Positions 37,307 through 45,516 of a stretch of DNA of 64,000 nt are shown here, piece after piece; within the stretch, counting starts at the first letter, position 1, and every line of letters starts with the position of its first letter. Source of the DNA: a virus; IMG/VR virus record IMGVR_UViG_3300030061_003198. One strand, 5' to 3'. The position numbers were made by a program, and so were the translations under genes. The notes under the pieces were generated by a model, which saw only the letters and a list, made by a program, of their open reading frames with translations, was not told the origin of the DNA and did no database searches.

Positions 37307-37335
37307 ATTATAATTAATTTTTTTCAATAATCCTA
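37307..37335 (-). promoter_or_regulatory. Sigma70-like promoter TAGGAT-N17-TATAAT
   Basis: Upstream of the 139-aa gene and bS21. Confidence 0.55.
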
Positions 37336-37336
37336 A

Positions 37337-37702
37337 TTAATCTATTTCAAAATATCTACCTAAACCTTGGCCTATATCTTCAAACGCAGCTTCTAGTCTT
37401 TCTCTTAGTTGCGACATTTCTTGGGCAGTCTTTTCAAATACTTTATATGAATTTGAAATTTCTTTCATGTTTCTATTAACAGTTATACCATCAAACCAAT
37501 CTCCTTCTGAGAGAGTTACATGATTAGCCATTTCAACCATATGCTTTACTTTTTCACATAATTCTCTAAGATTTGTTTTTCCATATACACCTTCACCTAA
37601 TTGTGAAAATCCTCTAACTGCTTCTAAAAAGGCTTGTTTTTCTTCTTTTGTTATTTTTGGAGGCTCATTATCCAATGCTTCCATTAATGCTCTAATATTC
37701 AT
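37337..37702 (-). CDS. Hypothetical head-region protein
   Basis: 121 aa, helical, DWFDGITV motif; lies between protease and scaffold genes. Confidence 0.65.
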   Translation of the reverse strand: MNIRALMEALDNEPPKITKEEKQAFLEAVRGFSQLGEGVYGKTNLRELCEKVKHMVEMANHVTLSEGDWFDGITVNRNMKEISNSYKVFEKTAQEMSQLRERLEAAFEDIGQGLGRYFEID

Positions 37703-37704
37703 AT

Positions 37705-38328
37705 TTATATCCTACATTTTCCATCATCACACAGTATTGATGTGATAACACTATTTACTTTATTATATTTGTTTAAATTATTATTTTTATTAATAGATTC
37801 ATTCATTGGTTTCATAAATGCGCCATTAGTTGATGGATTTGAAACAAAGTCCCAACATATCAATTCAAAATCTTCTTGAACTTCTACTGCTGATTCTTTA
37901 TATAATTCTTTAACACTACCTAACCCTCTACTTGATATTCCTAATGTAATACCAGACTTAAATAATGATTTTAATATATTTCCAGACGGAGTATCTAGTA
38001 CTTGAACTGCTCCCATTAAATCATCATTATTCCACCAAATTTTTAATACATTATGAGATACATTATTTAAATTAACTACTGATGATTCTGGATGGTCTAA
38101 TTCTCCTAAAGCTCTATGTTGGTCAATATATTCTTTTTGGTACCTTTGGCATTCTCGAGCTAATATATGTTTTGGATATATCCTACCATTTTGATTTTTA
38201 GCTCCTGCTCTCTGTAATACGCCTTGGACAACCATTCCGCCAGGAACTCCAAATTTGGCTCCATTTGATTCTGTTAATGAACCAATTGGGCTAAATGGCA
38301 TATATTCTACTAATAAAGCTTTTGACAT
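37705..38328 (-). CDS. gp21: Prohead core protease (gp21-like)
   Basis: KNQNGRIYP, ALGELDHP, GISSRGLGS, DFVSNPS. Confidence 0.93.
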   Translation of the reverse strand: MSKALLVEYMPFSPIGSLTESNGAKFGVPGGMVVQGVLQRAGAKNQNGRIYPKHILARECQRYQKEYIDQHRALGELDHPESSVVNLNNVSHNVLKIWWNNDDLMGAVQVLDTPSGNILKSLFKSGITLGISSRGLGSVKELYKESAVEVQEDFELICWDFVSNPSTNGAFMKPMNESINKNNNLNKYNKVNSVITSILCDDGKCRI

Positions 38329-38329
38329 A

Positions 38330-39022
38330 TTATTCTCCTAAACTCCTGATACGTTCTGATATTTTTAATAATCTTTCTGATATTTTATTTAATGCATTAT
38401 GAGTAGATTTGCCATATGTTGACCCGGCTATACCAGATTCATTTTTTAATCTAGATGTATATCTAACCAATTTTTCTATCTCTTGTAATTTTTTTGCTAC
38501 TTCTTTTATAGTACCATTAACTGTTTGTGTTGGAGTCGATTTTGGATTGCCAGATGCAAATTTTGAATATGATTCAATAAGTGCAGCATATTTTGCATCC
38601 ATTGCTTTTTGAACTGATTCATATTTCATTTTCTTTTTCTTTTTAGCTTGTGCTCTAGTTGAAAATGCATTTGGGGTTTGATATCCAGGTACGCCTCCTG
38701 TTGTACTCATTTCGTCAATTTCGTCTTCTGTTAATTCAATATCAGCTTCAGGATCTTGCTTTTGTAACTCCAATGCTTTTTGTTCATCATCAGTTTTTAT
38801 AACTTCATTTGCTGCATCTTTCATATCTTCTTCTGTATCACCGTCATCATCAAGATCTAAGAAATCAGGTTTAGCATCTTCTTTTTTCATTGCTTTTTTA
38901 ATAGCTTTATCTTTAACGCCCATATATTCATCTCTAGGAGATTCTTGTTCGCCGTCTTCATCCCAATCACGTTCATTGATTTCTTTAAATTTAGATTCAA
39001 TTTCTTTTAAAAATGATTTCAT
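38330..39022 (-). CDS. Putative prohead core protein
   Basis: Acidic; KPDFLDLDDDGDTEE and EMSTTGGVPGYQTPNAF; lies between portal and protease genes. Confidence 0.5.
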   Translation of the reverse strand: MKSFLKEIESKFKEINERDWDEDGEQESPRDEYMGVKDKAIKKAMKKEDAKPDFLDLDDDGDTEEDMKDAANEVIKTDDEQKALELQKQDPEADIELTEDEIDEMSTTGGVPGYQTPNAFSTRAQAKKKKKMKYESVQKAMDAKYAALIESYSKFASGNPKSTPTQTVNGTIKEVAKKLQEIEKLVRYTSRLKNESGIAGSTYGKSTHNALNKISERLLKISERIRSLGE

Positions 39023-39870
39023 TTGTTTGCCTTTTTTAATTCTGTTATTAAGTCATAATAACGCAATAATGATAAAACATGAGATTCTTTAACTAAATTA
39101 ATTGTCTCTACATTACATAACATTTCAGATAATTTATTTACTTTTATTTTTGTTACTTTATCAGTAATTTTTTTAGACTCTGTTTTTAATTGAGTTTTAA
39201 TAGACGGTATTACTTTTTCAAAATATAATTTTAATGATTCTGAATCGTTGACGTGAGTAATATATTGACTTAATAATTCTTTTTGTTCTTCATTTAATCC
39301 AGAATATTTTTCATTAAATTTATCTACTAACATTTTATATGCTAATAACCTTAAATCTTTATTTTGACTCTTAAATGTTTCAATAACTTTATCTTTGTTA
39401 GAATTTACTTTTGATGTTAACATGCAATGATCTACAATATTACTTTTACATTCTAATAATTGTTTAGGATTATCTTTGTCTTCATATTCAAATAACATAT
39501 ATATAGACGCTAATGCTTTATAGTTATTTATACGTATTTTTGAAATTTTTTCAAATACAAAATTATTAGATATTTCTTTAACTAAATTATAACGTTGTCG
39601 TTTTAATAATGATTTATTAAGTTTAACGTGTACATCTTTACATGTTCTAATATAATCCAATGCTTTTGCTTCTGATACAAATTGTTCCTTAACTAATGAA
39701 TTATATAATTGTAATTCTTTTGATAGTTCAGTATTTTTACCAAAATATTTTTTAATTATATCAATGGTAACTGACTTATCAGACGTCATTGATTCCGAGG
39801 TTAATTTTCTAACTAGGATTTCAAAAAGTATCGCAGTATTTTTATATTTAGAATGTTTTAATTTTTTCAT
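39019..39870 (-). CDS. Hypothetical head-region protein
   Basis: 283 aa, KHSKYKNTAILFE start, late motif upstream. Confidence 0.7.
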   Translation of the reverse strand: MKKLKHSKYKNTAILFEILVRKLTSESMTSDKSVTIDIIKKYFGKNTELSKELQLYNSLVKEQFVSEAKALDYIRTCKDVHVKLNKSLLKRQRYNLVKEISNNFVFEKISKIRINNYKALASIYMLFEYEDKDNPKQLLECKSNIVDHCMLTSKVNSNKDKVIETFKSQNKDLRLLAYKMLVDKFNEKYSGLNEEQKELLSQYITHVNDSESLKLYFEKVIPSIKTQLKTESKKITDKVTKIKVNKLSEMLCNVETINLVKESHVLSLLRYYDLITELKKANK

Positions 39871-39891
39871 GGCAATACATGGTCCTTTTCA

Positions 39892-39899
39892 TATAAATA
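39892..39899 (-). promoter_or_regulatory. Putative late promoter TATTTATA
   Basis: Upstream of ATG 39870. Confidence 0.65.
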
Positions 39900-39908
39900 T
39901 CGTTTAAA

Positions 39909-41714
39909 TTATAAAATATTATTTTCATCTAACATTGACCTATTTTTTTTATTGTCATCATCTGTTTCATTGATAACTTTTGAGCTTTTACGATTAATTT
40001 TTTTAAGAATATCAGCATTTTCAGTGGCTACTGCAGATCTTTGTTTTCTAAATCGAGGGTCTGGTTGAAATGTCGTATTCATAGCTTGTTTAACTGTTTT
40101 CCCACCAGTTGGATCCCAACCCATATGATTTTTATGTTGCCCATACTTGATTCCTTCAGGAGGTCTTCCGCCTTTATCTTTGTTTTTTTCGTCGTCTGAA
40201 CTCATATGCAATGAAGCCATATCATGCGGAGTACCATATGAAGCTCCTGTTAAAGTAGGATCATTTCCTTCTTGCTCTATTTGATTTTGTCTAAATCTTA
40301 ATTTTAGGTCTTCTACTACATTATTTCTTTCTTCTAACCATTCATCTTCAGACATATTAAATATGTACTCGTAAATATATTTATCAGAAACTAATTTTGA
40401 ATCTTTCATAGCAGTTGCCAATTGTATTTTTTCATTCATCAAGGCAACTTTTTGTTGATCATAAATAATAGATGGGGCAGTTAGTTCTAATTCAAATCCT
40501 ATTAAATCTTCTCCTTCATATCCTTGTGAATATAAATGTATAATTCCAATTTTAATTAATTCTGAAACAACAATTTTTTGTAGTCTTTCAATTGTTCTAG
40601 CAAATCTTATATCCATTGAAGCTAATGTAGATTTTCCTTCAACTCCTTCGTCATACCCTAAAAATGGTTTTGGAATTTTCAAAGCTGCCATCATTTTATG
40701 TTTTACATAATCAATATCTTCTATTCCAGTAAATGTCATTCCTGGGAGTGTATCAATTTGTGTTTGGCTATTTCCGCCTCTGACAGGTAAATAATAATCT
40801 TCTAACATATTATTTAAATTAAATTTAAGATTATAATTTCCATTATTTTTATCTACATATGGAACTTTTTTCATTTTATTAATAATTTGTTCCATGAATG
40901 AATCAACTTCATTTGGTGGAATATTACCAATATCAATTTTAAATACCCGTTTTTCTGGAGCACGCATTATTCTATGAATAAGCATTGCATCTTCTAACAT
41001 TGTTAGTTTTTGAAATTCATTTCTAGCTCCTTCTAACATAGATCTACCATATGGTAAAAAGTTAGAATCAGATAACAATCTAAAATGAGCTACTTCGAAA
41101 ACATCAAATTTTAAATTTTCTGATGACACGTGTCTAAATTTAATATCATATTCGCCTGTTGCTTCATCATAATCTTCTAAACGTTCAACTTCATATGAAG
41201 AAAGTGGTCTGGCATTTAATACGCCTATGTCTTCGGCTATATCTAATTTTAAAAAGAAATCGCCATATTTACACATATTTCGGATCCAAGGCCACATATT
41301 AAATTCTATATTCAATACATCATAATATAAATTATATAATATTTTTTGAATATGGGTTTTATTTGTTTTAATAGTAAGTATATCACCAAATTGATCTGCT
41401 AATGTAGATTCGTCAGCATAAATATCTAATGCTGATGATATAATAGGATCTTTATCCATCATTTCGTAATCAGTGTATAACTGCATACGATTTTGTTGCA
41501 TGTAATAATTTGAATCATATCCGCCATGACCTCCCATACTATGTCTATTCGAGCCATGTAATCTTGTATATCGATCATACAATTTTGATTGGGATATGTT
41601 ACCTGTAGATTGTAGCCTGTTTGTATCGATTACCTTTAATCGGTCTTTTCCAAATTTACGAACTACTACATTTGTAGCAAATAAGTTACTTAAACGTTTT
41701 CTTAATGAGGCCAT
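39909..41714 (-). CDS. gp20: Portal protein (gp20-like)
   Basis: EDAMLIHRIMRAPEKRVFKIDIGNIP, EDYYLPVRG, IDTLPG, DIRFARTIERLQ. Confidence 0.93.
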   Translation of the reverse strand: MASLRKRLSNLFATNVVVRKFGKDRLKVIDTNRLQSTGNISQSKLYDRYTRLHGSNRHSMGGHGGYDSNYYMQQNRMQLYTDYEMMDKDPIISSALDIYADESTLADQFGDILTIKTNKTHIQKILYNLYYDVLNIEFNMWPWIRNMCKYGDFFLKLDIAEDIGVLNARPLSSYEVERLEDYDEATGEYDIKFRHVSSENLKFDVFEVAHFRLLSDSNFLPYGRSMLEGARNEFQKLTMLEDAMLIHRIMRAPEKRVFKIDIGNIPPNEVDSFMEQIINKMKKVPYVDKNNGNYNLKFNLNNMLEDYYLPVRGGNSQTQIDTLPGMTFTGIEDIDYVKHKMMAALKIPKPFLGYDEGVEGKSTLASMDIRFARTIERLQKIVVSELIKIGIIHLYSQGYEGEDLIGFELELTAPSIIYDQQKVALMNEKIQLATAMKDSKLVSDKYIYEYIFNMSEDEWLEERNNVVEDLKLRFRQNQIEQEGNDPTLTGASYGTPHDMASLHMSSDDEKNKDKGGRPPEGIKYGQHKNHMGWDPTGGKTVKQAMNTTFQPDPRFRKQRSAVATENADILKKINRKSSKVINETDDDNKKNRSMLDENNIL

Positions 41715-41733
41715 GATTTATCTTTTTATTTAT

Positions 41734-41741
41734 TATAAATA
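41734..41741 (-). promoter_or_regulatory. Putative late promoter TATTTATA
   Basis: Upstream of the portal gene. Confidence 0.65.
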
Positions 41742-41748
41742 TAACTAA

Positions 41749-43326
41749 CTACAGAAGCCAGGTTAAATTTTCGTCGTCATGGCCATTATTCCACTTCCAA
41801 CTATCACTTGGTCGATCTTGTTTGTTAGTATATATTGTTGTATCTGTCTTTTGAAGTTTAGATAAAGCTCGCTTATTTAAATCAATTCCATGTTGTCTTA
41901 ATTTTAAACTAGTATCTCTTAACCATAATCCTATTGCATAAGCCATTACTAAATCATCATTATATCCAACTTGAGCTTGAGCTTTTCCATTAAGCCATAC
42001 AAATACAAATAATTCTTGAATTAATCTTTTTGATTTTATTATTGGTGTTCCTTCACGCATATACATTTCTAGTGCTGATATCATTAATGGTCTAGTTCTC
42101 GATGTAGTTGAAACCCCAGGTACCATTTTAGTCTTATCTTTCATGTCATACCCTTTTAAAAGTTGAACTTCTAGATCGACATAACCATCGTCTTTATATG
42201 TATAAAATAAATTTTCATAATTTCTATCTAATGCCGGCTGTACAGCAGCCCATCCAATATTGGCATTTTCAATTGCTAATAATGCATTGTTCCATTCTGT
42301 TGCAACAGTTACTAGCATGTTACCAAAGTCCTTTGGAGGTAATTTACCTTTATATTCAGCTACTTGCGTTATAGTTTCTACATCAATTACATGAAACGTT
42401 GACCAATCTGCACCGTCGCCACGTGCAACATCAGCTACAACAATATAATTTTTTGTATAATCTGGATATTCCCATATCCAATACCCATTATCAAATCCAC
42501 GTTTTTCAACCGGATCTTGACATTTTGATTCAAATTCTTGGAGAATTAAACCATCTACTACAGTATGTCCAGATGATATAAAGTCACAATCACATTCTTG
42601 AGCGGCACCTCGTTCTCCTAATAATTTAGTTTGATCATCTCTCCATAATTGATCTCGTTCTGGGTGTAGATTCCATTGTAGTTTAATTGTTTCAAAACCA
42701 TTAACGCCATTTTCTGCGTCTACCCATGTTTGATGAAACCAATTACCAATACCATTTGGTGTTGATAATACTATAGCTCCTCCACCTGTAGATAGTGTAG
42801 CTTGGGATGCTACCCATATTTCTTCAATATTTCTAATAAATGCGGCTTCATCCACTATTAATAATGATAATGCTTCAGATCGTGCGCCTGTAGATGAACT
42901 TGAGATTGCTTTAATTTCTGATCCATTTGCAAATTTTAATGATAATTTATTATTAGTAACAATTTGAGTTTTTAGCCAACTTGGTAAATTTTCATTCATT
43001 ATCTGAACTTTACTTACTAAGTTTTTTGCTACGTCTTGGGTTGTTGCTATAACTAAAACGTTGAAGTCTTCGTTGAATAACATTGACCATAATGCATATC
43101 CTGCAGAAAGAGTTGATATACCTAACTGTCTAGATTTAAGAATTACATTGTATCGATTTGCTTGTAATGTAGATAATGATTCTTCTTGGAATGGAAATAA
43201 ATTAAATTTTATTTTTCCTTTTATGGGATGTTGAATATAGCAAAATTGTCGCATAAAGTATACAGGATCATTTGCACACTTTATATATTGCTCTTTAACA
43301 ATTTGTTTTATATTTTTTTCTGCCAT
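41749..43326 (-). CDS. gp17: Terminase large subunit (gp17-like)
   Basis: KSRQLGIST Walker A, LIVDEAAF Walker B, STPNG, DVARGDGAD, NDDLVMA. Confidence 0.95.
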   Translation of the reverse strand: MAEKNIKQIVKEQYIKCANDPVYFMRQFCYIQHPIKGKIKFNLFPFQEESLSTLQANRYNVILKSRQLGISTLSAGYALWSMLFNEDFNVLVIATTQDVAKNLVSKVQIMNENLPSWLKTQIVTNNKLSLKFANGSEIKAISSSSTGARSEALSLLIVDEAAFIRNIEEIWVASQATLSTGGGAIVLSTPNGIGNWFHQTWVDAENGVNGFETIKLQWNLHPERDQLWRDDQTKLLGERGAAQECDCDFISSGHTVVDGLILQEFESKCQDPVEKRGFDNGYWIWEYPDYTKNYIVVADVARGDGADWSTFHVIDVETITQVAEYKGKLPPKDFGNMLVTVATEWNNALLAIENANIGWAAVQPALDRNYENLFYTYKDDGYVDLEVQLLKGYDMKDKTKMVPGVSTTSRTRPLMISALEMYMREGTPIIKSKRLIQELFVFVWLNGKAQAQVGYNDDLVMAYAIGLWLRDTSLKLRQHGIDLNKRALSKLQKTDTTIYTNKQDRPSDSWKWNNGHDDENLTWLL

Positions 43327-43706
43327 TATTGAACAACTTCTACGATCATTTTTCCAGTTAATAGGGTAGTTAATATACCTGTACTAAACCAGATTATTTT
43401 ATTATCATACCATTTTGGTTTTAGAAGTTTTTCACGTTCAATATATAAATTTATATTATCATTTAGAAAAATAGTTTTTTGTTCTAGATATAAATTTTCT
43501 AAACTATCTAATTTTATAATTTTTTCTAAATCAGTAATTAAAACTTCTTGTTCCAAAATAATTTTATTATTAATAGAATCTAAATAATGTAATGAATCTA
43601 ATGTATTTGATATTTCTATTATTTGATTACTAGTAAAACATGTATCAGCCATTTGGCCAAAAATTAATGCTGGACTTAAATATAATATAATAAAAAAATG
43701 TTTCAT
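43326..43706 (-). CDS. Membrane protein with signal peptide, coiled coil and C-terminal hydrophobic helix; possible spanin component
   Basis: Hydrophobic N- and C-termini; overlaps the upstream TM protein by 4 nt. Confidence 0.4.
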   Translation of the reverse strand: MKHFFIILYLSPALIFGQMADTCFTSNQIIEISNTLDSLHYLDSINNKIILEQEVLITDLEKIIKLDSLENLYLEQKTIFLNDNINLYIEREKLLKPKWYDNKIIWFSTGILTTLLTGKMIVEVVQ

Positions 43707-44044
43707 TTCCTAGATCTTTTTAATATATTTGCTTTTGCTAATTTAACTGCTTCTTTTTTAGATTTAACTACTTTTTCTTTTTTAGGAATAGTAGTTTTTT
43801 GTTTTTTAATAGTTGCTATTTTTTCTTTTTGTTTTTTAACTGTTTTTTTGATTTCTGCTTTTTCATCCGTAACGTATTTAAGCTTTCCGTCAATTTTCTG
43901 TATTGATTTGTTATTTGAATCAATTTTTTGTTTATTTTTTTGTAATTTTTTATTTGTACTTTTTTTAGAAAAAATAAATATCGCACCGAATATACCAGCT
44001 AATATACCTATTATTAATTTCCAATATTTTTTAATCAATTTCAT
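43703..44044 (-). CDS. N-terminal TM plus Lys-rich coiled-coil protein; possible i-spanin
   Basis: LIIGILAGIFGAIFIF helix followed by a basic coiled coil. Confidence 0.45.
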   Translation of the reverse strand: MKLIKKYWKLIIGILAGIFGAIFIFSKKSTNKKLQKNKQKIDSNNKSIQKIDGKLKYVTDEKAEIKKTVKKQKEKIATIKKQKTTIPKKEKVVKSKKEAVKLAKANILKRSRK

Positions 44045-44678
44045 CTTCTTCTTTATCTTTATTTATATTTGCTAAAAATTCCGCTTTAAATTTTTCAAAT
44101 TGTTTTTCAACTTTTTCTTCAAATTCTTCTGTTGTCATTTGAGCAGCCCATGATTCTGTTAACCCATCTGCATTTGTAACAAACTCTGAAGCTTGTGTGA
44201 AAGCTTTTTTTAATGCGTCTACATCTTGTTCTGCATCTTTTAGCCAAGATAAGGCACTTGCATGGATTCGCTCTTTTTCATATTCTTCAAATTTTCCTTC
44301 TACCCGGAGTTTATGTTCCATGTCAATTACACAATCATAACACATACCATGTGCTTTTTTCATTTTTGCATCCATATGATTAAAAGTTGTTTTGCAACAA
44401 TCTTTTTGACAATTTGGATATGAATTAAGATATTCTCGTATTTCTGCAGTTTGTGATCCAGCTGGCCGTTTAGTTCGAAATCCTTCAAATTGTTCTATTC
44501 GATACAGAGTAGTTCCAATTTTTTCTTCCCAAACATCTCCTACTGCACGTTTTTTATTACGGTCTGCAGTAGATTTACTATCTGAATATCCGTGTGTTTT
44601 TCTTGTTTGAAATTTATGAGTGCCTTCAAGCATTTGCTTGATAGCTTTAACGTTTTGTAACTTATTTGATTTTGCCAT
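44031..44678 (-). CDS. Hypothetical protein with Cys cluster
   Basis: GDVWEE, CQKDCC and GMCYDC motifs. Confidence 0.65.
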   Translation of the reverse strand: MAKSNKLQNVKAIKQMLEGTHKFQTRKTHGYSDSKSTADRNKKRAVGDVWEEKIGTTLYRIEQFEGFRTKRPAGSQTAEIREYLNSYPNCQKDCCKTTFNHMDAKMKKAHGMCYDCVIDMEHKLRVEGKFEEYEKERIHASALSWLKDAEQDVDALKKAFTQASEFVTNADGLTESWAAQMTTEEFEEKVEKQFEKFKAEFLANINKDKEEDEID

Positions 44679-44695
44679 AAAAATTTAATTATTTA

Positions 44696-45487
44696 TTATT
44701 GTTTTTCAATTGCTCTTTTTATTACACGATTTAGGAATGTAAGTTTTCCTTTTTTACGTGGGGTATCATCTGCAGCTAATAATTGATTTACAACTTTCAT
44801 TACCATTTCTACTTGTTGTATAAAATTTTGTTTCTGTTGTAATGCTGTTACAAAATTTTGAACTCTTGTGTCACCTTCAGGTGCTTCTGCCTCAGCTTCA
44901 GGTGCTTCTGCTTCTGGAGCTGGTTCTTCTGCTTCTGGTTCTGGAGCTGGTTCTTCTACGGGAACTTCTGCTTCTGGTGCTGCATCGGCAGGAATAGCAG
45001 GAGCTTCTGGAGCTGCTTCTGGCTCTGGAGTGTCGGCTAATGGCTCCTCTTCTTTTTCTTCTTGCTCTACTATAAATTTAGCTACTTTTCTTTTAACAAT
45101 TTCTCTAACTAATTTTTCTTTTTGTTCTTTAGTTAATTTTTCTATTTGAGTCATATATCCACCATCTTTCTTAGATAATGTATCAATAAGATCTTGTGCA
45201 TCATCTTCTATATTTTTTTTAAATGTTTTCATTGCATTGGCTGACATTTTTGGATCACCATCTTCCATATCTTTAATTGGATATATTGTATCTGAGTCTT
45301 TTGTTTTAGGAACCATATTTTCTATATCATCAATAACTTCTTTGTCATCCTTTCTATCACCAGGTTGTAATTCTCCTGTTGAACCAGGTACCATATTATC
45401 GATATCTTTATCTAATGTATAATCTTTAAGATCTTTTCTCGATTTATGTTTCGTATTTGTTGGTGTTTTATGTTTTTTCTTAGCCAT
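44696..45487 (-). CDS. Acidic Pro/Glu/Ala-rich protein, possible prohead core/internal protein
   Basis: Low-complexity PEAEAP tract; LVRE and IVE sites; late motif upstream. Confidence 0.55.
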   Translation of the reverse strand: MAKKKHKTPTNTKHKSRKDLKDYTLDKDIDNMVPGSTGELQPGDRKDDKEVIDDIENMVPKTKDSDTIYPIKDMEDGDPKMSANAMKTFKKNIEDDAQDLIDTLSKKDGGYMTQIEKLTKEQKEKLVREIVKRKVAKFIVEQEEKEEEPLADTPEPEAAPEAPAIPADAAPEAEVPVEEPAPEPEAEEPAPEAEAPEAEAEAPEGDTRVQNFVTALQQKQNFIQQVEMVMKVVNQLLAADDTPRKKGKLTFLNRVIKRAIEKQ

Positions 45488-45508
45488 AATTTTCTTGCCT
45501 TAATTTTA

Positions 45509-45516
45509 TATAAATA
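45509..45516 (-). promoter_or_regulatory. Putative late promoter TATTTATA
   Basis: Upstream of ATG 45487. Confidence 0.65.

Noticed and set aside
33679-43326. Introns, inteins or homing endonucleases in capsid, portal or terminase genes
   Set aside because: The ORFs are continuous and of expected size, with no splice or intein motifs seen.
44870-45065. GC-richer repetitive tract as a mobile or foreign element
   Set aside because: Explained by Pro/Glu/Ala low-complexity coding sequence.
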